DNA of 64,000 bases from an uncultured Candidatus Poseidoniales archaeon (GCA_964576865.1 CAZNVK010000009.1:2001-66000); one strand, 5' to 3'; positions 18,835-27,833 are shown, numbered from the stretch's first letter. Notes: a model not told the origin generated them from the sequence alone. Numbers and translations are program-made.

Positions 18835-18867
18835 GGTCAGCGATTGCTAATCCGCTCGCCCGAGCGG
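18835..18867 (-). repeat. Intergenic duplicate of the last 9 codons plus stop of hef
   Basis: 29 of 33 nt are identical to 18881-18913. Both copies translate on the minus strand to RSGERISNR-stop, so all 4 differences are synonymous. Confidence 0.75.
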
Positions 18868-18882
18868 GGCTTTGCTTCTCGG

Positions 18883-21546
18883 TCAGCGGTTGCTAATTCG
18901 CTCGCCTGAACGGAAGGTTCGCCAGATTTCGCGGACTTGGGTTTCGGTGATTCCGTCGATTTGGCGCAGGTCGTCTTCGTCTGCCCAGACTAGACCTGCG
19001 ATGGTGCCGTATCGGTTGAGAAGTCGTGTTGCTAGGTCTTCGTCGACGCTTGGTATGGCGACGAGTAGAGTGATTGCTGCGGTCTGCTCGTCGTTTTGGC
19101 TCTCGCGGAGTTGGCGGGCAGCAGCCGCTGCTTGGGTTACAGGGTCGGTCCAGAGTTCTGGCTTGACGGCTTCTAATCTGTCTCGCGCGCGTGGGGTTAG
19201 CCCGTCGAGCATGGATTCTTCCCTGCGAGATGCGACGGTGAGGAAGCGCGCGGTCTCGGCTCCGTCCTTGGTAGTGACCACTGGGATGCCGAAGTCGAGG
19301 GCGAGGGTGGTGAGTGCGCCCATCAGGGCGTGGGGGTGGACTCTGGGTGATCTGAACAGGCCCTCACCCTCGATGAGGAGCAGGCTTCTGGGTGCTGCGC
19401 CGACGAGTCGGCTGGCTTGTTCTAGGAGGCGCCCATCGACGAGTGAATCGACGAAATCTCGGACGGTTTTGCGTTCGACGAGAATTCGCTCGCCGATGCG
19501 GAAGTCTCCAGTTTCGAGGCGTTCGATTCTGACATCGGCGCCTAGGGCTTTCAATCGGGCCACTACGGCGCTGTTGAGTTCTCTGTCGTCGGCTGTGACC
19601 GTCGCTCCTGGGACGTCAGGAAGGCTCTCTTCGAGGTCGAGCAGATCTTGGGCTGCAGAGACTGGATGAGTCGGTTCTGAGGATTTGGTTCCCGAATCGG
19701 TTTCTGGCTCGTCCGATGGTTGAGATTCTGTTTCGCGTACGCGAGAAGGTTGCTCCTCCGGAGTGGGTTCTGCATGCTTGCTCTCGCTGGCCTTCTCTCG
19801 GTCTGGGAATTGCTCGAGCCCGGTCTGTCCGCGCGGTCTGAATGTCGATGGAGGCAGGATTGCGGGCTCTTGGGAGCCTTGCTGGCTGGATGTTGACTCG
19901 TCCTGATTCAGTTCGGGTCGGTGTTGTTCGCGGATCGTTCTGACGAAATCTGCAACTGAGATTGTCTCCTCATTTTGCTCGACGCGGAATCCGCCTAGGT
20001 TCGAGAGGTCGATGTGTCCGCTACGAGTGAGTTGTCTGCGTACTCTGGCGACCGCGCGATGCATGTTCTCTTCACGACGAAGGGCGGCTGCGCGCGCACC
20101 TTCGTCGCGGGTCTCCTCGGCGATCAGGACGACGACATCTCCGTCGCGGTGGCGCCCGGTCCTTCCGCGTCGCTGGATATTGCGAATCTCGCTCGGCACC
20201 GGTTCGTAGAAGATGACGAGGTCCGCAGCTGGAATATCGAGCCCTTCCTCACCAACACTGGTGGCGATGAGGACATTTCCTTCGCCACTGCGGAAGGTCT
20301 CGATGCGTTCGACCTGCTGTTTGGGGGTGAGGCCCTTTCCGCTGCCACGCTTACTTTGGCCGATGAATTGGACTGGGCGAGCGCCCTCGAGTCCGCTGAG
20401 GGCGGCATCGAGGGCGGTTACGGTATCTCGGAATGTCGCGAAGACGATGATTCTGGAATCTGCTTCGCGGCGCAGTCGCTCACGCACCAATCGACGGACT
20501 GCGCCCACCTTGGAGTGTATTTCGCCCAATTCAATCAAACTCTCTCGGAGGTCTCTCACTCGCGGGTCGCGCAGAAGATTACGGGTATTCTTTTTCTCGG
20601 AATCCGACCCGCTTTCCTTTCTATCGAGGAACTCACGAGCGGCTGCGGTTCCTTGGCAGAGCAAGTGATTGATCAGGTGATGAAGAGACATCGCCAAGCC
20701 GATTCGACTCATCGAACCGTAGGCATCGGACTCGCCCCTGCGAACGGCCGTATTCGCGCGTTCCATTGCGTTGGCGAGTCCGGAATGTGAGACAGGTCCC
20801 GGCAAGACGTATCTGCCGAGCCTACGCTCACGATCGACGATACTCTCCTGCCAGCGAACGAACGGCTCGGCCAATTCGCGAATCTCATCGGGTACGCGAA
20901 CTCGCAATTCCTCGATTTCGAGATTCGCGAGATGGCCTGCAAGCATCGCATCGCTCGAAGTCCGAATGTGAATTCGCTCCACTGCCAATCTCTCACAGAT
21001 TTCCTGAACTTTCTCTGTCTTCGAGCCTGGACTCGCGGTCATTCCCAGAATCAATGGATTATCCGCGAGTCCCAGATAGAGATCTGCAACCTGAGCCGCA
21101 CCGGTCTCGCCAGTAGCATGGTGGGCCTCATCAACCACCAATAAGCAGCAATCTCTCAGATCGAGCACGCCCCGATTGACATCGTTGCGCACGACCTGAG
21201 GGGTCGAGACGATGAGTCGGCTATTCTTCCACATCCCCTCTCGCTTCGAGGCGGGAACAGCACCACTCATCGCCATCGGTTCAACCTCACCCTCTGGAAA
21301 GACTCGACTCAAATCATCGAGATGCTGCTTCACCAAAGCCACCGTGGGCGCGACCATCAGCGCCCAGCCGTCCGAGCGCCGCAGCATCTCCGCCATCACC
21401 ATCCAAGCAACAGCGGTCTTCCCAGCCGCCGTTGGCAACACCAACAGCGTCGAACCCGACAGCGCCACATCGACCGCCTCGAGCTGATATGCCCGGGCTT
21501 CGACGACCCCGTCACGAAGCCCGTCATGCTGAAGACTGCCGTTCAT
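18883..21546 (-). CDS. hef: Hef helicase/endonuclease (archaeal XPF/FANCM homologue)
   Basis: 887 aa. It has an N-terminal DEAH-box SF2 helicase (PTAAGKT, VVDEAHH, TSVGEEGLD, QRRGRTGR). A long disordered linker follows, then a C-terminal ERCC4 nuclease (GDFRIGERILVERKTVRDFVDS) and an HhH2 domain. Confidence 0.9.
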   Translation of the reverse strand: MNGSLQHDGLRDGVVEARAYQLEAVDVALSGSTLLVLPTAAGKTAVAWMVMAEMLRRSDGWALMVAPTVALVKQHLDDLSRVFPEGEVEPMAMSGAVPASKREGMWKNSRLIVSTPQVVRNDVNRGVLDLRDCCLLVVDEAHHATGETGAAQVADLYLGLADNPLILGMTASPGSKTEKVQEICERLAVERIHIRTSSDAMLAGHLANLEIEELRVRVPDEIRELAEPFVRWQESIVDRERRLGRYVLPGPVSHSGLANAMERANTAVRRGESDAYGSMSRIGLAMSLHHLINHLLCQGTAAAREFLDRKESGSDSEKKNTRNLLRDPRVRDLRESLIELGEIHSKVGAVRRLVRERLRREADSRIIVFATFRDTVTALDAALSGLEGARPVQFIGQSKRGSGKGLTPKQQVERIETFRSGEGNVLIATSVGEEGLDIPAADLVIFYEPVPSEIRNIQRRGRTGRHRDGDVVVLIAEETRDEGARAAALRREENMHRAVARVRRQLTRSGHIDLSNLGGFRVEQNEETISVADFVRTIREQHRPELNQDESTSSQQGSQEPAILPPSTFRPRGQTGLEQFPDREKASESKHAEPTPEEQPSRVRETESQPSDEPETDSGTKSSEPTHPVSAAQDLLDLEESLPDVPGATVTADDRELNSAVVARLKALGADVRIERLETGDFRIGERILVERKTVRDFVDSLVDGRLLEQASRLVGAAPRSLLLIEGEGLFRSPRVHPHALMGALTTLALDFGIPVVTTKDGAETARFLTVASRREESMLDGLTPRARDRLEAVKPELWTDPVTQAAAAARQLRESQNDEQTAAITLLVAIPSVDEDLATRLLNRYGTIAGLVWADEDDLRQIDGITETQVREIWRTFRSGERISNR

Positions 21547-21605
21547 GGAGCACCGCCTTCAAAGTCAGGGTTCTAAATCGTTGCACTGACCCCCATGTTC
21601 ACTTA

Positions 21606-21620
21606 CACCCCGTAGGGGTG
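21606..21620 (+). promoter_or_regulatory. GC hairpin CACCCC-GTA-GGGGTG upstream of a TTCATATA box and the ribosomal-protein operon
   Basis: Perfect 6-bp arms. TTCATATAGG lies at ~21643-21652. The extended motif 21597-21625 resembles 36695-36728 upstream of the 16S gene. Confidence 0.35.
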
Positions 21621-21841
21621 CAAACCGGCCCCGCCCGATTCGTTCATATAGGGCATGGAGGTCGCAAGGCCGCTCACTACGTGAGGCACCAGACACCACA
21701 GGGCTCTACAGCAGTATCCCGGAAAGCCGAACTCCACTCGGAAATCGGCTTTCGGTGTCACGGTTCCTCCCTAACGTGGCGAGCCCGGTTCGAATCCGCT
21801 TCGGCGGCAAACTAACCGGTGAAACACTGGAGGACAGACGA

Positions 21842-22918
21842 ATGGCCGACCGACACAACCCCCGCCGTGGTAGCATGGGCTTTAGCCCTCGAAAGAGGGC
21901 AGTTCGACCCTATGGGCGAATCACCTCATGGCCCGAGACCGAAGCGAGCGAGATCCGAATTCAGGGATTCGCTGGATGGAAGGCTGGAATGACTCACGTT
22001 TTGATGCGTGACACCAACCCTACCTCCACCTCCGCTGGACAAGAGGTCCGCAAGGCTGTCACGGTCGTCGAGGTTCCTCCGATGAAGGTACTGGCCGTCC
22101 GCGGCTACCACATGACTCCATACGGTATGCAAACCGCTGGTGAGGTCTGGGCAAACTCCTCCGAGAACCCGGACGGCCTACACCCGCGCTTCGCTAACCA
22201 GACTCGCGGCGAGCGAGATGCTGAGGAAGGCCGCAAGCCAGCGAAGCGCGCTGGGCGGCTTCCAAGCCGCGAGGGCGAGACCAACGGCGAGGCATTCGAC
22301 GCCCTCGCCAACTCGAACCTCTGCGAGGTTCGCCTCATCGTTGCAACCCAACCCGCTCTGGTCAAGAGCGTGCCATCGAAGACCCCCGAAATCATGGAGG
22401 TCGGCCTTGTTGGCGGCGACAATGCAGCCAAGCTCGAGTGGGCAAAGGAGCGACTGGGTGGCGAGGTCACCGTCGCAGATGTCTACGAATCGGGTCAAGA
22501 AATCGATGTCGTCGGAATCACCAAGGGCAAGGGATTCCAAGGTGTCGTCAAGCGATTCGGAGTCAAGCTTCTGAGCCACAAGAACTCGAAGAAGCGCCGA
22601 CAAATCGGTAACATGGGAGACTTCGGAACCGGATACGTCCGCAAGACGATTCGACAAGCCGGTCAGATGGGATACCACCAGCGCACCGAACTAAACAAGC
22701 GCGTTCTCCGCATCTCAAACCCCGATGAGTCCGATGTGACTCCGGCAGGTGGCTTCCTCCACTACGGAGAGGTCACCAATCCATACATGATTATCCAAGG
22801 CAGTCTGCCGGGTCCAGCGAAGCGCCTTCTGCGCTTCCGTGACGCGGTTCGCCCGAAGTCGAAGCTGCACGAGGTCGATTTGACCTACGTCAGTACTTCG
22901 AGCAAGCAGGGAGTGTGA
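21842..22918 (+). CDS. rpl3: 50S ribosomal protein L3 (uL3)
   Basis: ATG 21842 with GGAGG 9 nt upstream. N-terminus MADRHNPRRGSMGFSPRKRA; FQGVVKRFG motif. First gene in the conserved operon order. Confidence 0.95.
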   Translation: MADRHNPRRGSMGFSPRKRAVRPYGRITSWPETEASEIRIQGFAGWKAGMTHVLMRDTNPTSTSAGQEVRKAVTVVEVPPMKVLAVRGYHMTPYGMQTAGEVWANSSENPDGLHPRFANQTRGERDAEEGRKPAKRAGRLPSREGETNGEAFDALANSNLCEVRLIVATQPALVKSVPSKTPEIMEVGLVGGDNAAKLEWAKERLGGEVTVADVYESGQEIDVVGITKGKGFQGVVKRFGVKLLSHKNSKKRRQIGNMGDFGTGYVRKTIRQAGQMGYHQRTELNKRVLRISNPDESDVTPAGGFLHYGEVTNPYMIIQGSLPGPAKRLLRFRDAVRPKSKLHEVDLTYVSTSSKQGV

Positions 22919-22922
22919 TTAG

Positions 22923-23801
22923 ATGAAGACAAAGTCGTACAATCTGGTTAACACCGTCGAGCAGGAAGAGATGGACGCTGGTCTGCTCGCCGAGATCTAC
23001 GAGGTCGAAGCAAAAGATGGCAAGTCCGTCTCTCTCCCCGGCGTATTCGAGGCTGAGGTCCGCGAGGATCTCATCCGCCGCGCCGTGCTCGCTAGCCGTG
23101 CAAACCGCAGGCAGGCCTACGGCCACCGCGAGCACGACGGCAAGCGCGCCCCACAACCCGGAATGAAGCACTCCGTCGAGTGGTGGGGCAAGGGTCGCGG
23201 TGTCTCGCGCATTATGCGTAAGGCTGGACAGCGCACCGCCGCTCAGAATCCACACACACGCGGCGGTCGCCGCGCACACGGACCTATGGTCGCGAAGGAC
23301 TGGTCCCAGAAGATCAACAGCAAGGAAAATGGCGTCGCTCGCGATTCCGCAATCGCTGCAACCGCTGACGCTGACATGGTCTCGGCTCGCGGACACCGCT
23401 TCGATGGCGGCGTCCGCTTCCCTATCGTCATCGACGGCTACATCGAGAGCCGCGAAGAGGGTGATGAGAAGTACGAGATCGAGAACCTGCCTCTGCAGTA
23501 CTCCACTCGCAAGTTCGTCGCCATGATGGAAGGACTCGGACTCGGCGCAGACCTCGAGCGCGCTCGCACCGGCCGCGGCATCCGCGCCGGCAAGGGCACG
23601 ATGCGCGGTCGCAAGTACCGAACTCCGAAGAGCATCTTGTTGGTAGTCGCTCAGACCGATGGTCTGGCAAAGGCTGCTCGCAATGTGCCTGGCGTCGACG
23701 TCGTCGCCGCCAAGGACCTCTCTGCAGAAGATCTCGCACCCGGCGGAGACGCTGGTAGACTGACGGTCTGGACGAAGGCGGCAATAGGAGCGTTGGAGTG
23801 A
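22923..23801 (+). CDS. rpl4: 50S ribosomal protein L4 (uL4)
   Basis: 292 aa. Contains the GRGIRAGKGTMRGRKYR motif. Positioned between L3 and L23. Confidence 0.9.
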   Translation: MKTKSYNLVNTVEQEEMDAGLLAEIYEVEAKDGKSVSLPGVFEAEVREDLIRRAVLASRANRRQAYGHREHDGKRAPQPGMKHSVEWWGKGRGVSRIMRKAGQRTAAQNPHTRGGRRAHGPMVAKDWSQKINSKENGVARDSAIAATADADMVSARGHRFDGGVRFPIVIDGYIESREEGDEKYEIENLPLQYSTRKFVAMMEGLGLGADLERARTGRGIRAGKGTMRGRKYRTPKSILLVVAQTDGLAKAARNVPGVDVVAAKDLSAEDLAPGGDAGRLTVWTKAAIGALE

Positions 23802-23806
23802 TTCCC

Positions 23807-24097
23807 ATGGTAGACCCTTACAGTATCATACAGATGCCTTGGATCACTGAGAAGACACTCGAGGCTCGCCGCATCGCCGATGAGGACGGCGGCTACCGCG
23901 AGAACAACAACCGAATCGAGTTCATCGTCCGCCGTGAGGCGACGAAGGCTCAGATCAAGGCGGCAGTCGAGGAACTCCTCGACGTTCAGGTCGCTAAGGT
24001 CAACACCAAGATCACAATCACTGGCAAGCATGCCTCCGTGCGCCTTGCCGATGGCTACGATGCGGAGGATGCAGCGCTCAAGCTCGGAGCGTTCTGA
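23807..24097 (+). CDS. rpl23: 50S ribosomal protein L23 (uL23)
   Basis: MVDPYSIIQMPWITEKTLE... The ORF track starts at GTG 23798, overlapping the L4 stop; I prefer ATG 23807. Confidence 0.85.
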   Translation: MVDPYSIIQMPWITEKTLEARRIADEDGGYRENNNRIEFIVRREATKAQIKAAVEELLDVQVAKVNTKITITGKHASVRLADGYDAEDAALKLGAF

Positions 24098-24109
24098 TGA
24101 GGTGATATC

Positions 24110-24826
24110 ATGGGTAAGCGAACACGTTCACAACGCCGCGGATCCAGCCCAAAGAACCGGGTTGCAAGCCACCGATTCCCTGCAGCAAACCGCATCCCTC
24201 GCGTCAGCGAGAAGATGGGCGAGGTCACCGACCTCGTTCACAGCGCGGCTCACACCGCGCCTCTCGCGCGCGTGAAGTTTGAAGATGGAACAACCGCCCA
24301 CATCGCAGCTCCTGAGGGCGTCTCCGTCGGCCAGGAGCTGGCCTTCGGAGACAATGTCAGTCTGCGCCCGGGCAATGTCACCAAGCTCTCCGAGATCCCT
24401 GAGGGAACTCCGATCTGCAATGTCGAGTCCAGACCGGGCGACGGCGGCAAGTTCGCTCGCTCCGGCGGCAACTCAGCCGTTCTCGAGACCCGAATGGGTG
24501 ACAAGGTCCGCGTCCGCCTTCCAAGCGGCTCTCTGAAGGACCTACCAGCAAGTTGCCGAGCCACCATCGGTGTGCTCGGCGGACACGGCCGCACCGAGAA
24601 GCCTCTGATGAAGGCCGGTGCGGCTCACTACCGCGCCAAGGCGCGAGGAAAGCTCTACCCAACCGTCAGCGGTGTGGCGATGAACCCTGTCGACCACCCT
24701 CACGGTGGAGGAAATCACCAAGCGGTTCACGGACCGAACTCGGTGAGCCGCCACGCGCCTCCGGGCCAGAAGGTTGGACACATCGCTCCGCGCCGAACTG
24801 GGCGCGGAAGGACGAGGGAGCAGTGA
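24110..24826 (+). CDS. rpl2: 50S ribosomal protein L2 (uL2)
   Basis: 238 aa. Contains PEGTPICNVE and MNPVDHPHGGG. SD GAGGTGA lies upstream. Confidence 0.95.
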   Translation: MGKRTRSQRRGSSPKNRVASHRFPAANRIPRVSEKMGEVTDLVHSAAHTAPLARVKFEDGTTAHIAAPEGVSVGQELAFGDNVSLRPGNVTKLSEIPEGTPICNVESRPGDGGKFARSGGNSAVLETRMGDKVRVRLPSGSLKDLPASCRATIGVLGGHGRTEKPLMKAGAAHYRAKARGKLYPTVSGVAMNPVDHPHGGGNHQAVHGPNSVSRHAPPGQKVGHIAPRRTGRGRTREQ

Positions 24827-24836
24827 GGTGTGAGAA

Positions 24837-25337
24837 ATGGCACGCAAATCGAAGAAGATGTTCCGCTCACCTAAGACCGCTCGCCGCCAGGCTCGCAAGC
24901 GCCGCTCGACAATCGCCGAGCGCCGCAAGAAGGAATTCCTCTGGCGCGGTATGACGATGGATGAGCTGAGCGCTCTGCCACTCTACCCTCCTGAGGATGA
25001 GCCCGAAGCACCTTGCATCGCGACTCTGATGCCTTCGCGCGCGAAGAGATCCCTCTCACGTGGGCTATCCGAGGAGGCTGAGAAGTTCCTCGAGAAGGTT
25101 CGCGAGAACGGCGGCAGAAAGATGGTCAAAACCCACTGCCGCAGCATGTACATCCTGCCAGAGATGGTCGGTACGACCCTCGGTGTTCACAACGGCCGCG
25201 ACTTCGTCAAGGTCGAGGTCATCCCTGAAATGATCGGACACGCTCTTGGCGAATTCGCGCCGACCCGCCGCTCGGTCACGCACACCGGGCCTGGTGTGGG
25301 TGCTACCCGGTCGAGTAAGCACGTAGCATTGAAGTGA
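24837..25337 (+). CDS. rps19: 30S ribosomal protein S19 (uS19) with a ~30-aa basic N-terminal extension
   Basis: The core is KKEFLWRGMTMDEL...GVHNGRDFVKVEV...GEFAPTR. SD GAGGTG lies upstream of ATG 24837. Confidence 0.9.
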   Translation: MARKSKKMFRSPKTARRQARKRRSTIAERRKKEFLWRGMTMDELSALPLYPPEDEPEAPCIATLMPSRAKRSLSRGLSEEAEKFLEKVRENGGRKMVKTHCRSMYILPEMVGTTLGVHNGRDFVKVEVIPEMIGHALGEFAPTRRSVTHTGPGVGATRSSKHVALK

Positions 25338-25348
25338 GGTGAGAAGAG

Positions 25349-25873
25349 ATGAGTAGAAACGCAGGAAAACCACAATCCGGATACACGCAGCTACTCGAGG
25401 GCTCGAACCTCGCAACGGCTCGCGCAGTCAACGTGGACATGCACCACAAGCACTGCTACCAGATCGCCAAGTTCATTCGCGGAATGAACGCAATGGATGC
25501 AATCGAGTACCTAGAGAAGGTCATGGACAAGAAGGAAGCAATCCCTTACACCCGCCGCTCCCGAAAGGGCAAGGGTGGCAATACGATGGCTGGCCACCGA
25601 AAGGGCAAGATGGGTCCTGGTCGCTATCCCTACAAAGCCTCGAAGGAATTCATCAAGCTGATCAACAGCGCGATGGAGAATGCTCGCCAGCGCTACGATA
25701 CCATCGACGCTGAGGACATGATAATCACTCACTGTGCCGCCCACCGCGGTCAGATTCACACCGGCTGGAAGCCGCGCGCCCGCGGGCGCGCATCGCCGAA
25801 GAACCACTATCAGGTGAATCTCGAGATCTTCCTCGAGCACTTCGGCGATGAAGAGGAAGAGGACGAATTCTGA
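25349..25873 (+). CDS. rpl22: 50S ribosomal protein L22 (uL22)
   Basis: 174 aa. Called from operon position plus the stretches AIEYLEKVMDKKEAIPY and HCAAHRG. Acidic C-terminus. Confidence 0.85.
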   Translation: MSRNAGKPQSGYTQLLEGSNLATARAVNVDMHHKHCYQIAKFIRGMNAMDAIEYLEKVMDKKEAIPYTRRSRKGKGGNTMAGHRKGKMGPGRYPYKASKEFIKLINSAMENARQRYDTIDAEDMIITHCAAHRGQIHTGWKPRARGRASPKNHYQVNLEIFLEHFGDEEEEDEF

Positions 25874-25880
25874 GGTGAAG

Positions 25881-26729
25881 ATGATGAGTAAGACAAACAC
25901 CATTCGAAACATCGTCAACCGCAATATCGAGCGCCAGCTCGTGCGCGAGTACCTGCTGAAGGAGACCGAGCGCGCTGGATTCGGCGGCCTCGATTTCAAG
26001 CGCACTCCCGAGGGAACTCTGGTCAAGCTTCAGGCTGAGCAGGTCGGCCGCGTCATCGGCCGCCGCGGTAAGGTCATCCACGAATTGCAGCGCCGCCTCA
26101 AGAACGATTTCAATCTCGACAAGCCTCGCCTCGAGGTCAACGAGATTGAGGAGCCTCGCCTGAACGCTCAGGTCATGGCGAGCCGTCTGGCTTCTTCGCT
26201 CGAGCGCGGCTGGTTCTTCCGCCGCGCTGGCCACTCGACCTCTCAGAACATCATGGACGCAGGGGCCCGCGGATGTCTAATCATCCTCAGCGGGAAGATC
26301 TCCGGCGCTCGCCACCGCGTTCAGAAGTTCCAGAAGGGCCACATCAAGTTCTGCGGTGAAACCGCGCTCGAATTCATGGACGAAGGCTTCGCGACCGCGG
26401 TCAAGAAGTTGGGAACCATTGGCTGCACGGTCCGCATCATGCGCCCAGGCGTCAAGTTGCCGCACGAGATCAGTATCCAGGACCGTGCAGAGTCCGGCCT
26501 CGGCCCAATCGAAGAAGTCTCGATGCTCGAGATTCCTGAAGAGGCCGAAGAAACCCCAGTGGTCGATGAGGTCGCCGCTGCCGATACCGAAGAGGTAGTC
26601 GACAGCGTCGTCGAGAAGATGGCCGAGATGGAAGCAGCTGCCGCAGAGGAATCCTCAGAGGAAGCAGCCGACGAGGAAGCGGCCGAAGAGGCAGCAGACG
26701 AATCAAGCGAAGCAGAGGAGGGCGAGTGA
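25881..26729 (+). CDS. rps3: 30S ribosomal protein S3 (uS3) with an acidic C-terminal tail
   Basis: ATG 25881 follows SD GAGGTGA. KH motif GRVIGRRGKVIHELQ. The tail is EESSEEAADEEAAEEAADESSEAEEGE. Confidence 0.9.
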   Translation: MMSKTNTIRNIVNRNIERQLVREYLLKETERAGFGGLDFKRTPEGTLVKLQAEQVGRVIGRRGKVIHELQRRLKNDFNLDKPRLEVNEIEEPRLNAQVMASRLASSLERGWFFRRAGHSTSQNIMDAGARGCLIILSGKISGARHRVQKFQKGHIKFCGETALEFMDEGFATAVKKLGTIGCTVRIMRPGVKLPHEISIQDRAESGLGPIEEVSMLEIPEEAEETPVVDEVAAADTEEVVDSVVEKMAEMEAAAAEESSEEAADEEAAEEAADESSEAEEGE

Positions 26730-26731
26730 AC

Positions 26732-26935
26732 ATGGCACACATCAAGTCACGTGATATCGACCAGATGAATCCAGAGCAGCGCGAGCGCCGCCTCGCCGAG
26801 CTCAAGGAGGAACTTCTGCAATTGCGCGCTCAGCAGGCGCTCGGAGGATCATCTTCCAACGCAGGCGCGTACAAGCAGACCCGCCGAAGCATCGCACGTC
26901 TTCTGACCAAGATGTCCGAGGAGAACAAGGAGTAG
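26732..26935 (+). CDS. rpl29: 50S ribosomal protein L29 (uL29)
   Basis: MAHIKSRDIDQMNPEQRERRLAELKEELLQLR. An alternative GTG at 26726 overlaps the S3 stop. Confidence 0.85.
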   Translation: MAHIKSRDIDQMNPEQRERRLAELKEELLQLRAQQALGGSSSNAGAYKQTRRSIARLLTKMSEENKE

Positions 26936-26941
26936 ACCGGA

Positions 26942-27241
26942 ATGGCTGGCATTTGCAATCTGTGTGGTCTACCAGAGGAATTGTGCATCTGCCAAGAAAT
27001 TGCTAAAGAACAACAAAAAGCGATCATTTCGACTGTGAGAAGGAGGTATGGAAAGATGGTAACGATGGTTGAAGGAATCGACGATTCCGCAATTGACATC
27101 GGCAAGCTGGCGAAGCTGCTCAAGGGCGCTTGCGCCAGCGGCGGCACCGTCAAGGGACGCACCATCGAACTACAAGGTGACCACAAGAAGCGCGTCGCCA
27201 AGGTCCTCGAGCAGAACGGATACCAAGTGGAGGTGCGCTGA
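26942..27241 (+). CDS. Translation initiation factor SUI1/aIF1
   Basis: 99 aa. N-terminal CNLCGLPEELCIC, then the SUI1 core TVKGRTIELQGDHKKRVAKVLEQNGY. This is the canonical position after L29. Confidence 0.85.
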   Translation: MAGICNLCGLPEELCICQEIAKEQQKAIISTVRRRYGKMVTMVEGIDDSAIDIGKLAKLLKGACASGGTVKGRTIELQGDHKKRVAKVLEQNGYQVEVR

Positions 27242-27499
27242 ATGAGCATCTACCACGCACCTTGGCTCGCGCGCGACATCGAAGTCGTCGCGAGCCGCGA
27301 CCCAACTTTGGTTGGAGTCACTGGAATGGTCGTCGAGGAGACTCGCAGAACGCTCCGCGTTCGCACGCTCTCGGGAGAGGTCACTCTGCCGAAGGACGTC
27401 ATCACATTCACCATCGATTCGGGATCGGTCGTAATCGACGGCGCAGCCGTCACTCAGCGACCCGAGGATCGCATCAACCGAAGATACAGGAGGAACTGA
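27242..27499 (+). CDS. rnp1: RNase P protein component 1 (Rpp29/Pop4)
   Basis: 85 aa. Contains LVGVTGMVVEETRRTLRV. Canonical position between SUI1 and S17. Confidence 0.75.
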   Translation: MSIYHAPWLARDIEVVASRDPTLVGVTGMVVEETRRTLRVRTLSGEVTLPKDVITFTIDSGSVVIDGAAVTQRPEDRINRRYRRN

Positions 27500-27500
27500 A

Positions 27501-27833
27501 ATGAAAGACATCGGAGTAGACGTCCGCGCCCCCGAGGGCGATTGGGATGGAGACCAGAATTGCCCATTCTATGGCAGCCTGAGGCTGCGAGGACAGATCA
27601 TCGAGGGCACCGTGTCCTCGATTGGAATGAGCAACTCGATCATCGTGCAGCGCGAGGTCACTCGTTACATGAAGAAATACGAGCGATATGAGAAGCGCAC
27701 CCGCCGCTACGCAGCCCACCTGCCTTCGTGCATCGGTGAGGTCGCTTCCGGCGACAATGTCCGAATCATGGAGTGCCGCCCGCTCTCCAAGACCGTCAAG
27801 TTCTGCGTCATCGAGAAGGGGGCTTCCGAATGA
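27501..27833 (+). CDS. rps17: 30S ribosomal protein S17 (uS17)
   Basis: 110 aa. Contains GTVSSIGMSNSIIVQRE...GDNVRIMECRPLSKT. Confidence 0.9.
   Translation: MKDIGVDVRAPEGDWDGDQNCPFYGSLRLRGQIIEGTVSSIGMSNSIIVQREVTRYMKKYERYEKRTRRYAAHLPSCIGEVASGDNVRIMECRPLSKTVKFCVIEKGASE

Noticed and set aside
21787-21797. GGTTCGAATCC, a perfect tRNA T-loop consensus, raising the possibility of a tRNA gene upstream of rpl3
   Set aside because: The flanks give at most 3 bp of T-stem (CCCGG/CCGCT). No acceptor, D or anticodon arms can be drawn. I treat it as part of a structured leader, not a tRNA.
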